Notes: generated from the sequence alone by a model not told the origin. DNA of 64,000 bases from an uncultured Lachnospiraceae bacterium (GCA_964582375.1 CAZORL010000001.1:13769-77768); one strand, 5' to 3'; shown: positions 9,930 through 20,215, counted from the stretch's first letter. Translations and numbers: made by a program.

Positions 9930-10076
9930 AGTGAGGCTCCTTTTGTTGTTTTCAGCCTTGACAGTATATCACTTTGCAATCGATTTGTCAAGCCTTTTCG
10001 ACTCTTTGGTGCAAAAAAACATATAAAAATCAAGCAAAACATCCGATTTTCGGCATTCTTCACAAACAGTTGCTCA

Positions 10077-10181
10077 CCACAAGATGTTGTGTCTGCGAAA
10101 AACACGCGACACAATATCTTGTGATTTTTTTTGGAAATTTTCGAAAATGCTATTGACAAAATCAAATATATGTGGTAGAAT
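10077..10181 (+). promoter_or_regulatory. Tandem NrdR boxes plus SigA promoter of nrdGD
   Basis: CCACAAGATGTTGTGT (10077) and ACACAATATCTTGTGA (10109), 32 bp apart; TTGACA(10153)-17-TAGAAT. Confidence 0.85.
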
Positions 10182-10234
10182 ATGTCCGTCGGTAATTTGC
10201 CGATGCATTCATTGGCGAAAGGCGGATCGATTAT

Positions 10235-10930
10235 ATGACACTTGCGGGCATCCAAAAGCTGACCCTGCTCGATTATCCGGGCAAGGTCGCGTGCATAGTA
10301 TTTACCCCCGGATGCAATTTCCGCTGTCCGTTCTGCCATAACGCATCGCTTGTCACTCACACGAGCGACAATGTCCCCCTTGATGAGAGCGTGCTCCTTG
10401 ATCTTTTGAAAAAGCGGTCGGGCGTGCTTGAGGGCGTCGTCATAACGGGCGGAGAGCCGCTCCTTCATGGCGATCTGCCCGATCTTATGCGGGAGATAAA
10501 GAGGCTCGGATATGCGGTCAAGCTTGATACAAACGGAACCGACCCGGAGCGTTTGTCAAAGCTTATCGACGAGCACCTTTGCGATTATGTTGCGATGGAT
10601 GTGAAAAATCCGCTAAAGGATTATGCGGCGGCAACAGGTCTTTTCACCATCGATACCACCGCACTGCGTCGCTCGATCGATCTTCTCATCTCGGGCACTG
10701 TCGATTACGAATTTCGTACAACGGCGGTGAAGGGAATACACACAAGAGACAGTATCGAGGAGATCGCCCGTGAGATAACGGGAGCAAGAGCGTATTTTCT
10801 TCAAATGTTCAAGGATTCGGGAGATCTTGTTGCCCCACAGGGACTCTCGGCATTCTCGACGGAAGAAATGGAGGATCTTTGCAATGCGGCAAAAAAACAT
10901 CTCCCGAACGTCGGGATCAGAGGAATTTAA
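10235..10930 (+). CDS. nrdG: Anaerobic ribonucleotide reductase activating radical SAM enzyme
   Basis: CNFRCPFCHN radical SAM motif, TGGEP; adjacent to nrdD. Confidence 0.93.
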   Translation: MTLAGIQKLTLLDYPGKVACIVFTPGCNFRCPFCHNASLVTHTSDNVPLDESVLLDLLKKRSGVLEGVVITGGEPLLHGDLPDLMREIKRLGYAVKLDTNGTDPERLSKLIDEHLCDYVAMDVKNPLKDYAAATGLFTIDTTALRRSIDLLISGTVDYEFRTTAVKGIHTRDSIEEIAREITGARAYFLQMFKDSGDLVAPQGLSAFSTEEMEDLCNAAKKHLPNVGIRGI

Positions 10931-10969
10931 CTTATCATAACAAAAAACAAGAAAAGGAGAAACGAACAC

Positions 10970-13339
10970 ATGTATCAGATCATCAAAAGAGACGGCAAGC
11001 GCGTCGATTTTGACATTTCCAAAATTACAAACGCAATGAAGAAGGCGTTTGAGGCAACATCGACCGATTACACCGATAATATCATCGATTTTCTCGCACT
11101 CAAGGTTACCGCTGACTTCCTTCCCAAGATCAAGGACGGATTTGTAGCGGTCGAGGATATCCAGGACAGCGTCGAGAAGGTGCTTATCCAGGGCGGCTAC
11201 GACGGAGTTGCCAAGGCGTATATCCTTTACCGTAAACAGCGCGAAAAGCTCCGTAACATGAAAAACCCCTACCTTGATTATAAGGAGACTGTCGATAAAT
11301 ATCTCAGCGCACTCGATTGGCGCGTAAAAGAGAACTCGACCGTCACCTATTCGGTCGGAGGACTCATCCTTTCAAACTCGGGTGCGATCACCGCAAATTA
11401 TTGGCTCTCCGAAATTTACGACGAAGAGATCGGCGCGGCGCATCGTAACTGCGATATCCATCTGCATGACCTTTCCATGCTGACCGGCTATTGTGCGGGA
11501 TGGAGCCTTAAACAGCTCATAAAAGAGGGACTTGGCGGCGTGCCCGGTAAGATCACCTCGTCTCCCGCATCTCATCTTTCGACCCTCTGCAACCAGATGG
11601 TCAATTTCCTCGGCATTATGCAGAACGAATGGGCAGGTGCGCAGGCGTTCTCGTCGTTCGACACCTATCTTGCACCCTTTGTAAAGGTGGACAACCTTTC
11701 GTATAAAGAGGTCAAGCAGTGCATTCAGTCCTTTGTTTACGGCGTAAATACCCCCTCGCGTTGGGGTACGCAAGCACCCTTCTCGAATATCACGCTCGAC
11801 TGGACCGTTCCTGCCGATCTTAAGGATCTTCCCGCGATCGTCGGCGGCAAGGAGATGGATTTCACCTACGGCGACTGCGTTGACGAGATGAGAGTCGTCA
11901 ACAAGGCGTTCATCGATATCATGATCGAGGGCGACGCAAACGGACGCGGATTCCAGTACCCGATCCCCACTTACTCGATCACGAAAGATTTCGACTGGTC
12001 GCCCACAGAGAACAACAAGCTTCTCTTTGAGATGACCGCAAAATACGGCACGCCCTATTTCTCAAACTATATCAACAGCGATATGGAACCGAGCGATGTC
12101 CGCTCGATGTGCTGCCGTCTGCGTCTTGACCTTCGTGAGCTTCGTAAAAAATCGGGCGGCTTCTTCGGCTCGGGCGAGAGCACGGGTTCGGTCGGCGTTG
12201 TAACCATCAACATGCCGAGGATCGCTTATCTCGCATCCGATGAAAAGGACTTCTTCAAGCGTCTTGATCGTATGATGGATGTTGCTGCTCGTTCGCTCAA
12301 GATCAAGAGAACGGTCATCACCAGACTTCTTGACAACGGACTTTATCCTTATACCAAACGTTATCTCGGCACATTCGCAAACCACTTTTCGACGATCGGT
12401 CTTGTCGGTATGAACGAGGCGGGACTCAACGCAAAATGGATAAGAGCCGATATGACAGATCCGACCTGCCAAGAGTTCACAAAGCGTGTTCTCAACCATA
12501 TGAGAGAGCGTCTGTCCGATTATCAGGAACAGTATGGTGATCTTTATAACCTCGAGGCAACTCCTGCGGAGTCAACCTCTTATCGACTTGCAAAGCATGA
12601 TGTTGAGCAGTTCCCCGATATTATCACTGCGGCTGAAGAAGGCGGCACGCCCTACTATACAAACAGCAGCCACCTGCCGGTCGGCTATACCGATGATATC
12701 TTCAGCGCACTCGATATCCAGGATGAGCTTCAGACCCTCTATACCTCGGGCACGGTATTCCATGCATTCCTCGGCGAAAAGCTTGCCGATTGGGAGAGTG
12801 CGGCAACACTTGTCCGCAAGATCGCCGAGAATTACAGACTCCCTTATTATACAATTTCGCCGACCTACTCGATCTGCAAAGATCACGGCTATATCTCGGG
12901 CGAGCATTTCGAGTGCCCCGAGTGCGGAAGAGCGACCGAGGTCTACAGCCGTATAACAGGCTATTACCGTCCGGTTCAGAACTGGAACGCCGGAAAGACG
13001 CAGGAATATAAGGAGCGCCGCGAGTATAATATCGAGACATCCGTCCTCACTCACAGCGGTCCTCGCGAGGAGTGTGTATGCACGCCCGTCGAGGAAAAGA
13101 AGGAAGGACTTGCTGACGGCAATTACCTCTTCACGACCGCTACCTGCCCCAACTGCAAGATTGCATGTGCACTGCTCGACAAGGCAGGCGTTGCGTATAC
13201 AAAGCTTCTTGCATCCGACAATATTGAGCTGACAAATTCGCTCGGCATCAAGCAGGCACCGACCCTTGTTGTCGTAAAAGGCGGAAATGCCGAAAAGCTG
13301 ACGGGTGTCGGACCTATCAAGAAATTCATTGAGGGCTGA
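10970..13339 (+). CDS. nrdD: Class III ribonucleoside-triphosphate reductase with ATP cone and C-terminal redoxin domain
   Basis: IKRDG ATP cone, SMCCRL finger loop, SRITGYY glycyl radical site, C-terminal CPNC..QAPTL. Confidence 0.96.
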   Translation: MYQIIKRDGKRVDFDISKITNAMKKAFEATSTDYTDNIIDFLALKVTADFLPKIKDGFVAVEDIQDSVEKVLIQGGYDGVAKAYILYRKQREKLRNMKNPYLDYKETVDKYLSALDWRVKENSTVTYSVGGLILSNSGAITANYWLSEIYDEEIGAAHRNCDIHLHDLSMLTGYCAGWSLKQLIKEGLGGVPGKITSSPASHLSTLCNQMVNFLGIMQNEWAGAQAFSSFDTYLAPFVKVDNLSYKEVKQCIQSFVYGVNTPSRWGTQAPFSNITLDWTVPADLKDLPAIVGGKEMDFTYGDCVDEMRVVNKAFIDIMIEGDANGRGFQYPIPTYSITKDFDWSPTENNKLLFEMTAKYGTPYFSNYINSDMEPSDVRSMCCRLRLDLRELRKKSGGFFGSGESTGSVGVVTINMPRIAYLASDEKDFFKRLDRMMDVAARSLKIKRTVITRLLDNGLYPYTKRYLGTFANHFSTIGLVGMNEAGLNAKWIRADMTDPTCQEFTKRVLNHMRERLSDYQEQYGDLYNLEATPAESTSYRLAKHDVEQFPDIITAAEEGGTPYYTNSSHLPVGYTDDIFSALDIQDELQTLYTSGTVFHAFLGEKLADWESAATLVRKIAENYRLPYYTISPTYSICKDHGYISGEHFECPECGRATEVYSRITGYYRPVQNWNAGKTQEYKERREYNIETSVLTHSGPREECVCTPVEEKKEGLADGNYLFTTATCPNCKIACALLDKAGVAYTKLLASDNIELTNSLGIKQAPTLVVVKGGNAEKLTGVGPIKKFIEG

Positions 13340-13353
13340 TCCCTTTCATACCA

Positions 13354-13384
13354 CCGAAAGAGCGGCGAGAGCCGCTCTTTTCGG
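13354..13384 (+). terminator. Hairpin/terminator after nrdD
   Basis: AAAGAGCGGC-GAGA-GCCGCTCTTT. Confidence 0.65.
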
Positions 13385-13446
13385 CAAAAGAAAGATAATT
13401 TATCGAAAATAAGGTAATAATAAGCAAAAAAAGACGGGTTATTAAG

Positions 13447-14358
13447 ATGATATATGATATTATTACGGTCGGCGGAGGACCTGCGGGCCTTACCGCCGCG
13501 ATATACGCACGACGCGCGGGGAAAAGCGTGCTCGTTATAGAAAAAGCGGCTTTCGGCGGACAGATAACCTTCTCGCCGAGAGTCGAAAACATTCCCGGAT
13601 TTGAGAGCGTTACGGGGAATGAATTTGCCGACGCACTTGTCGGACAGGCACTCGGACAGGGCGTCGAGATCGAGGTCGGCGAGGTCACCGGTATAAAAGA
13701 CGGCACTCCAAAGACCGTCATGACCGACAGCGGTGAATTTTATGCACGTGCCGTTATTATTGCGACAGGCGCAAAGCATCGACGCCTCGGACTTTGCGGT
13801 GAGGAAGAGCTTGTCGGGCAGGGAATATCATTCTGCGCAGTTTGCGACGGTGCGTTTTTTGCGGGCAAACATGTTGCCGTCATCGGCGGCGGCAATTCCG
13901 CACTCCAAGAGGCTCTCCAACTCTCGCAGATCGCCTCAAAGGTGACGCTCGTTCAAAATCTTGATTTCCTCACGGGCGAAAAGATGCTTGCCGATGCGCT
14001 CATGCAAAAGGATAATGTCGAGATCCTGCTCTCAAAGACTGTCTCTCGCGTCATCGGCGATGGTTCGCTCGAGGGCATAGAGATCCGTGACGAAAAGAGC
14101 GGAGAGTGCGCTCGTATCGATGTTGACGGAATGTTCGTAGCGATCGGACTCGTGCCCCAAAATGAACCGTTTGCCGACATTATCAGACTCGACTCTCGCG
14201 GATACGCCGATTACGGCGAAGATTGCACTGCCGAGCGTGACGGCATATTCGTTGCGGGCGATTGCAGGCGTAAAAATGTCAGACAGGTGACCACCGCCGC
14301 ATCCGACGGAGCGATCGCGGCTCTTGCGGCATCTGCCTATGTCGAGAGCCTCTCATGA
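13447..14358 (+). CDS. trxB: Thioredoxin reductase
   Basis: GGGPAG, CAVCD active site, GGGNSA, AAGD-like FAD motif. Confidence 0.92.
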   Translation: MIYDIITVGGGPAGLTAAIYARRAGKSVLVIEKAAFGGQITFSPRVENIPGFESVTGNEFADALVGQALGQGVEIEVGEVTGIKDGTPKTVMTDSGEFYARAVIIATGAKHRRLGLCGEEELVGQGISFCAVCDGAFFAGKHVAVIGGGNSALQEALQLSQIASKVTLVQNLDFLTGEKMLADALMQKDNVEILLSKTVSRVIGDGSLEGIEIRDEKSGECARIDVDGMFVAIGLVPQNEPFADIIRLDSRGYADYGEDCTAERDGIFVAGDCRRKNVRQVTTAASDGAIAALAASAYVESLS

Positions 14359-15770
14359 GTGCCGCAACAATAAAGGGGCGCGGCAAAAAACTTGAGCTTG
14401 ATATGACGAGCGGCAGTATTGTCGGAAATTTGATCAAATTCGCCGCCCCCCTGCTCGTCGGCAATCTCTTTCAACAGCTCTATAATATGGTCGATACCTG
14501 GGTCATCGGTCAGACGGGCGTCCAAGGTGACTACGCTGCTGTCGGAAGCATCGGACCGATAATCAATATATTGATCGGCTTTTTCTCGGGACTCGCAAGC
14601 GGTGCGGGTGTCGTTATCTCGCGTCATTTCGGCGCAAAGGATAACGACGGCGTCAAAAAGGCTGTCCATACCTCGATGGTAATGACACTCTTAATGGCAG
14701 TCGCCTTTACCTTCCTCGGAATAATCCTTGCACCCGTTATGCTTGAGCTTATGCTTGATTCCGACCGCGAGGGCTATGAGGAAATGTTCCGCGCCGGCAA
14801 AACTTATCTTACGATCTACTTTGCGGGTGTCGTCGGACTGATGATCTATAATATGGGCGCTGGAATTTTGCGTGCCGTCGGCGATTCAAAACGCCCGCTC
14901 TATTTCCTCGTCGTGTCTGCCGTTACCAATACCTTGCTTGACCTCCTTTTTGTGTTCAAGTTCGGTATGGGAGTCGCCGGTGTCGCGCTGGCAACGATCA
15001 TCGCTCAGCTGATGTCGGCTCTGCTTACCCTTGTGGTGCTTTTCAGAACGACCTCCTGTGTCAAGATCGAGCTTCGATCATTAAAGATCGACCTCAAAAT
15101 GCTTCGCAGAATAGTGAATATCGGTATTCCGTCGGCAGTGCAGATGGCTCTTACCGCATTCGCAAATGTTTTCGTACAGTCTTATATCGCAGGCACAAAC
15201 GGCAATATGACCGTGAATACCGGCGGATGGACGACCTATTCAAAGGTCGATCAATTCATCTTTTTGCCCGTTCAGTCGCTTGCACTCGCAACAACGACCT
15301 TCGTCGGACAAAATCTCGGCGTCGGAGATACCCAAAGAGCAAGAAAAGGTGCGCGCCTTGCGTATTTCATGTCAAGCGGCTGTTCGATTGCCATAATCAT
15401 TCCGCTTATGATCTTTGCCGCACCGATAGCGTCGATATTCAATAAAGACCCCGAGGTCGTCGCCACCGCGACAAGACTTCTTCGCGTGATCACGCCATTC
15501 TATATCTTCTGCTCGGTCAATCAGATCTTCTCTGCCGCCCTTCGAGGTGCGGGTAACAGCCGAGTGCCGATGATAATAATGCTGTCATCGTTTATCGGCG
15601 TGCGTCAGATATATCTTTTTGTTGTGTCTAACTTTGTCTCAAATGAGCTTATCCCCGTCGGTATCGGCTACCCTGTCGGTTGGTTCGTTTGCGCATGCAT
15701 CACCGCCGTTTATTATCTGCACTTTGATTTTTCAAAGGTCAAGTCGGTTCGACAAGAGGCAAGCGAATGA
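14355..15770 (+). CDS. MATE family efflux transporter
   Basis: DMTSGSI..LIKFAAPL..QQLYNMVD; RAVGDSKRPL; about 12 TM segments. Confidence 0.93.
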   Translation: MSAATIKGRGKKLELDMTSGSIVGNLIKFAAPLLVGNLFQQLYNMVDTWVIGQTGVQGDYAAVGSIGPIINILIGFFSGLASGAGVVISRHFGAKDNDGVKKAVHTSMVMTLLMAVAFTFLGIILAPVMLELMLDSDREGYEEMFRAGKTYLTIYFAGVVGLMIYNMGAGILRAVGDSKRPLYFLVVSAVTNTLLDLLFVFKFGMGVAGVALATIIAQLMSALLTLVVLFRTTSCVKIELRSLKIDLKMLRRIVNIGIPSAVQMALTAFANVFVQSYIAGTNGNMTVNTGGWTTYSKVDQFIFLPVQSLALATTTFVGQNLGVGDTQRARKGARLAYFMSSGCSIAIIIPLMIFAAPIASIFNKDPEVVATATRLLRVITPFYIFCSVNQIFSAALRGAGNSRVPMIIMLSSFIGVRQIYLFVVSNFVSNELIPVGIGYPVGWFVCACITAVYYLHFDFSKVKSVRQEASE

Positions 15771-15796
15771 TTACCTTTGTTTTTTTCGAAAAACTA

Positions 15797-15825
15797 TTGA
15801 CATGGTGAGACATTTGTGGTATAAT
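15797..15825 (+). promoter_or_regulatory. Consensus SigA promoter of the small peptide gene
   Basis: TTGACA-17-TATAAT with TG extended -10. Confidence 0.8.
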
Positions 15826-15880
15826 TAGGGAGATTAGTGTTATCAATCGTCATAACCCGAAAACAAAGGAGGGAAAAACC

Positions 15881-16006
15881 ATGAAGCAGATATACGAAGT
15901 ACCTGTCGCCGAGATCGAAATTGTTGACATTGAAGTGATCCTTAACAGTAATTCCGATGGTACGGGTAAAGATCCGGATCAAGGTGAGTGGGATCCGCAG
16001 TTCTGA
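15881..16006 (+). CDS. 41-aa small protein with YxxP leader-like N-terminus
   Basis: MKQIYEVPVAEIEIVDIEVILNSNSDGTGKDPDQGEWDPQF; AAGGAGG SD; own promoter and terminator. Confidence 0.8.
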   Translation: MKQIYEVPVAEIEIVDIEVILNSNSDGTGKDPDQGEWDPQF

Positions 16007-16047
16007 TCTCGGAAGATATAAACTCTTCTAAAACCATCGGAGACAAT

Positions 16048-16091
16048 AAAGACCGCCCCGACTCGGAGAGATCTGAGTCGGGACGGCTTTT
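16048..16091 (+). terminator. Terminator of small peptide gene
   Basis: CCGCCCCGACTCGGA-GAGA-TCTGAGTCGGGACGG followed by CTTTT. Confidence 0.65.
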
Positions 16092-16138
16092 AGGTGATAC
16101 AGGATACAATATATAAATGCACGGCTACTATCGAATAA

Positions 16139-16174
16139 AATCGGCTCTCTCAAAGATGATCGAGAGAGCCGATT
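16139..16174 (-). terminator. Terminator of transketolase genes
   Basis: AATCGGCTCTCTC...GAGAGAGCCGATT. Confidence 0.7.
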
Positions 16175-16177
16175 ATT

Positions 16178-17122
16178 TTATTTCTTAAGCGATATCGCAC
16201 ATTGCGCTTTGTTAACGATGTTTTCGGCCGTGAGACCGTAGTACTCAAGCAGAGGCGGAACCTTGCCCGATCTGCCGAACATGTCCTCAACGCCGACACG
16301 AACGACCGGTGTGGGACGGCACTCCGAAAGCACCTCACAGACAGCAGAGCCGAGTCCGCCGATGATGTTGTGTTCCTCCGCCGTGACGACAGCTCCTGTT
16401 TTCGATGCGGATGCGATAACAAGCTCGCGATCGAGCGGCTTTATCGTGTGGATGTCGATGACCTCGCAGGAAACTCCCTTGGTCGAGAGTATCTCGGCGG
16501 CAGAGAGTGCGGCATCGACCATTATGCCGGTCGCAAATACCGTGACATCATGTCCCTCTCTGAGAAGCACACCCTTGCCTATCTCGAATTTGTATGTTGA
16601 GCGGTCAAAGATCACCGGTACGGCGTATCTGCCGAAACGCATATATACGGGGCCGTTCCATTCTGCGGCGGCGGCAACGGCGGCTCTTGCTTCGGTGTCG
16701 TCCGCGGGGTTGATGATCGTCATGCCGGGAATCGTGCGCATGATGCCGATGTCCTCAAGACACTGATGAGTCGCACCATCCTCGCCGACGGTGATGCCTG
16801 CGTGTGTCGCACCGATCTTGACATTGAGATGCGGATAGCCTACCGCGTTGCGCACCTGATCGAATGCGCGCCCTGCCGCGAACATCGCAAAGGATGAGCA
16901 GAACGGGATCTTTCCCGCCGCCGCAAGACCTGCGGACACGGCAACCATGTTTGCCTCGGCAATTCCGCAGTCAAAAAATCTGTCGGGGAAGCGTTTCTTG
17001 AAATAGACCGTTTTGGTCGATTCGCAGAGATCGGCGTCAAGGACGACGACATTCGGATTTTTTTCGCCAAGCTCGACCAGCGCACATCCGTAAGATTCTC
17101 TTGTCGCAATTTTCTCAGCCAT
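16178..17122 (-). CDS. tkt: Transketolase, C-terminal subunit
   Basis: ATRESYG, GIAEANM, GEDGATHQ, EEHNIIGGLGSAV. Confidence 0.93.
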   Translation of the reverse strand: MAEKIATRESYGCALVELGEKNPNVVVLDADLCESTKTVYFKKRFPDRFFDCGIAEANMVAVSAGLAAAGKIPFCSSFAMFAAGRAFDQVRNAVGYPHLNVKIGATHAGITVGEDGATHQCLEDIGIMRTIPGMTIINPADDTEARAAVAAAAEWNGPVYMRFGRYAVPVIFDRSTYKFEIGKGVLLREGHDVTVFATGIMVDAALSAAEILSTKGVSCEVIDIHTIKPLDRELVIASASKTGAVVTAEEHNIIGGLGSAVCEVLSECRPTPVVRVGVEDMFGRSGKVPPLLEYYGLTAENIVNKAQCAISLKK

Positions 17123-17948
17123 TTTCGCAACCTCCCAGATCCTTCATTGCAATTTCAAATTGCTCGGCAGAGGGCGCGTTGCCATGCCATTTTGCGTTGT
17201 TTTCCATAAACGAAACGCCCTTGCCCTTGACAGTCTTGCAGATTATCACCGAGGGTCTGTTCTTCTCGGCTCTCGCATTTTCAAGAGCTGCCGCGATCTG
17301 CTCGATGTCGTGACCGTCGATCGTCTGAACGTACCATCCGAACGCCTCAAATTTCTTGTCAAATGGCGTGGGGTTCATTACATCGGTGATATTTCCGCCG
17401 ATCTGAAGACCGTTGAAGTCGATCATGGCAACAAGATTTGACAGCTTGTAGTGAGATGCAAACATAGCTGCCTCCCAAACCTCGCCCTCTTGACACTCGC
17501 CGTCGCCGAGGATCGTGTAAACTCTGTAGCGATCGCGTCCGGCGAGAGCCATTCCGCAAGCGGCGGAAATGCCCATTCCGAGCGAGCCTGTTGACATGTC
17601 AACACCCGGGATGTTCTTCATGTCGGGGTGACCCTGAAGCCTGCTGTCTATCGAGCGAAAGCTTGTCAGTTCCTCAACGGGGAAAAATCCGCGCATAGCG
17701 AGCGCAGAATAATATGCGGGAGCGCAGTGACCCTTCGACAGCACAAATCTGTCCCTGTCCGCACCCTTGGGATCGGCAGGGTCGATGTTCATCTCCTCAA
17801 AGTAAAGATAGGCAAGCATGTCGGCGATCGAGAGCGATCCGCCCGGATGTCCGCTGTTTGCCGAGTATACTGCCTTGACCGCGTTTATGCGAATGTCATT
17901 TGCGATATTTCGCAGACGGGAGAGCGTCTCCACGTTCATCTGATTCAT
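17115..17948 (-). CDS. tkt: Transketolase, N-terminal subunit
   Basis: SGHPGGSLS, DRFVLSKGH, GDGE TPP motif; start reassigned to 17948 by SD. Confidence 0.93.
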   Translation of the reverse strand: MNQMNVETLSRLRNIANDIRINAVKAVYSANSGHPGGSLSIADMLAYLYFEEMNIDPADPKGADRDRFVLSKGHCAPAYYSALAMRGFFPVEELTSFRSIDSRLQGHPDMKNIPGVDMSTGSLGMGISAACGMALAGRDRYRVYTILGDGECQEGEVWEAAMFASHYKLSNLVAMIDFNGLQIGGNITDVMNPTPFDKKFEAFGWYVQTIDGHDIEQIAAALENARAEKNRPSVIICKTVKGKGVSFMENNAKWHGNAPSAEQFEIAMKDLGGCENG

Positions 17949-18043
17949 TTCATTTTCCTTCCTCACATATCGCATGACGCGATGTGTGCCAAAATGTGTT
18001 CGATTTTACATCACTCTAATTATATATCTTTTTTCTTCGATTG

Positions 18044-18586
18044 TCAACAGCTTTGCGAAGATTTTCTTTCGTCATTTCCGCCAAATCGATCGTTTTTTTG
18101 ATCGACGTCTGTTGAAAGCTCGCCTTTTCGTGCCGCTCGCAACCTAAAAAAGAAATCGGAGAGCAGTGATGAGCACTTGTCCTCCATCACACCACCCACC
18201 TGTTCGAAGGTGTGATTTAACCCAAAATCGCAGATCTGGAGTCTTGATCCGAGCGCACCCGCCTTTGGATCGGAAGCACCGTATACGACGCGCTTGATGC
18301 GTGCGTTGACTATCGCTCCGGCACACATAGGACAAGGCTCAAGCGTGACATAGAGGGTCGCTTTGTGCAAACGCCAACCGTGAAGCTCACGGCAGGCGGA
18401 ATTTATCGCCGCGATCTCGGCGTGCCCGAGCGCATTCTTTTGCCCCTCGCGACAGTTTCGCCCGATGCCGACTATCCGCCCGTCATCCCAGACAACGACC
18501 GCACCGATCGGGACCTCGCCATCCTCTGCCGCAAGCTTTGCCTGCTCGATGGCGGCGGACATGTAGAACTCGTCGGTCATAAGCAT
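18044..18586 (-). CDS. tadA: tRNA adenosine(34) deaminase
   Basis: GEVPIGA, HAE, TLEPCPMC, DPKAG. Confidence 0.92.
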   Translation of the reverse strand: MLMTDEFYMSAAIEQAKLAAEDGEVPIGAVVVWDDGRIVGIGRNCREGQKNALGHAEIAAINSACRELHGWRLHKATLYVTLEPCPMCAGAIVNARIKRVVYGASDPKAGALGSRLQICDFGLNHTFEQVGGVMEDKCSSLLSDFFFRLRAARKGELSTDVDQKNDRFGGNDERKSSQSC

Positions 18587-18758
18587 ATACCCAAAACCTC
18601 ACCTTCGCTTAACTCTGAACCATTGTACCATATTTTTCCCTCTTTTTCAATAGTTTTCCGAAAACTTTGCTCCATAATTTGCGTATATTTACGCATCCGA
18701 CGTCGAAAACTGAGTCGGGACGGCAAGATCGTCCCGAATATATTTCGGAGGTCGCAAA

Positions 18759-19154
18759 ATGACCTGTTACGCTCTCCTTTTTCTGATCGGCGGCGCGGGA
18801 TACGGCATGATCGAGCTTTTGTGGCGCGGTCATACACACCCGACAATGATCGCACTCGGCGGACTCTGCCTTGCGGCGATCTTTTTCATCGATAAACATA
18901 TCTCGCGACCATTGCTTGTTAAGGCATTGATCGCATCGGCATTTATAACTCTTTCCGAGCTTGTCGTCGGAATTGCGGTCAATCGTCTGCTTGATATGCG
19001 GGTCTGGGATTATTCGGATATCCCGCTCAACCTTTGGGGGCAGATCTGTCCGCTTTACTGTCTCTATTGGTTCTTTCTCTCGATCGGTGCGATTTTTCTT
19101 TGCCGATTGATAGATCGATCGGTTTTTTCAAAATACCCCTTGATTTTCGGCTGA
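18759..19154 (+). CDS. CmpB/TMEM229-like membrane protein
   Basis: IELLWRG, WDYS..PLNLWGQIC motifs; GGAGG SD. Confidence 0.75.
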   Translation: MTCYALLFLIGGAGYGMIELLWRGHTHPTMIALGGLCLAAIFFIDKHISRPLLVKALIASAFITLSELVVGIAVNRLLDMRVWDYSDIPLNLWGQICPLYCLYWFFLSIGAIFLCRLIDRSVFSKYPLIFG

Positions 19155-19200
19155 AAATACTGTATAATGACATAAAATCCGTAAATGGGAGGTATATGCC

Positions 19201-20079
19201 TTGGATAAAGAGAATAGCTCGAAAAAACGGAAGATCATCATAGCGTCGGCGACCGTTCTGCTTTTTGTCGCCGTCGCAGTGCTGACATTCTTCCATCTCT
19301 CAAAAGAGCGCGCAAACTATCGCATCTTCTTTTCGGATGTCGGGCAGGGCGACGGTGCTTATCTTGTCTCCCCCGACGGCGATGCGGTCGTGTTTGATTG
19401 CGGTCTGAACTCGGGCGGCACCGATCTTGTCGCACAAATGAAGAAAAGCGGCGTTAAAAGAGTTAATATGATCGTCATTTCACACGCACACGACGATCAT
19501 TTCGGTGGTGTGTTCGAACTTCTCGATGCATTCGATGTCGGTAAGATCGTCATGCCGAATTTTGATATCGAAGGATTTGCCGGTCAAAAGCTGACAACTG
19601 TCGCAGAATTGCATAATGTCGAGATCGTCCGCGCACAACGCGGAGATCACTTCGAGACGATGGGTTGCAAACTCGATGTGCTCTCTCCGCAGGGCACATT
19701 CGAGTGTGACGGATCAAATAACGACAGCCTCGTTGTCATGCTCGATGTGCTCGGAACAAGAATGCTCTTTACGGGTGATGCCGAGGGCGAGGTTGAAGAC
19801 GAACTTGTCGATCTTTACGGCAATAGCCTTGCCGCCGATGTCCTGAAGGTCGCACATCACGGCTCGGCAACATCAACGACCGAGGACTTTTTGTCGGCAG
19901 TATCTCCAACAGTTGCCGTGATCTCAGCAGGCGAGTCAAACCCGTACGGACTTCCGTCTCGCGGCATCCTCACGCGCCTCGAAAACATCGGTGCACATGT
20001 CTGCAGAACCGATATTGACGGCAGGATCTGCATCACCATCACGGATGACGGAAATTTCACGGTATCTGCGAACAACTGA
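19201..20079 (+). CDS. ComEC/Rec2-family metallo-beta-lactamase-fold hydrolase, membrane anchored
   Basis: DVGQGD, SHAHDDH, FTGD, KVAHHGS; one N-terminal TM, no competence domain. Confidence 0.88.
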   Translation: MDKENSSKKRKIIIASATVLLFVAVAVLTFFHLSKERANYRIFFSDVGQGDGAYLVSPDGDAVVFDCGLNSGGTDLVAQMKKSGVKRVNMIVISHAHDDHFGGVFELLDAFDVGKIVMPNFDIEGFAGQKLTTVAELHNVEIVRAQRGDHFETMGCKLDVLSPQGTFECDGSNNDSLVVMLDVLGTRMLFTGDAEGEVEDELVDLYGNSLAADVLKVAHHGSATSTTEDFLSAVSPTVAVISAGESNPYGLPSRGILTRLENIGAHVCRTDIDGRICITITDDGNFTVSANN

Positions 20080-20215
20080 CTTTACCTCAAAAGATCCTCC
20101 CTGAATTTTGGGAAGATCTTTTGACTTTTTTGCGAGAAAAAATTGCCCATATGTTGAAAAACCACGATCGTTGTGGTATAATGTATCATAAACAGAAAAA
20201 AAGGAGATACGACTG

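Noticed and set aside
19201-20079. Competence DNA-uptake channel
   Set aside because: Only the MBL domain with one TM segment; the multi-TM competence domain is absent
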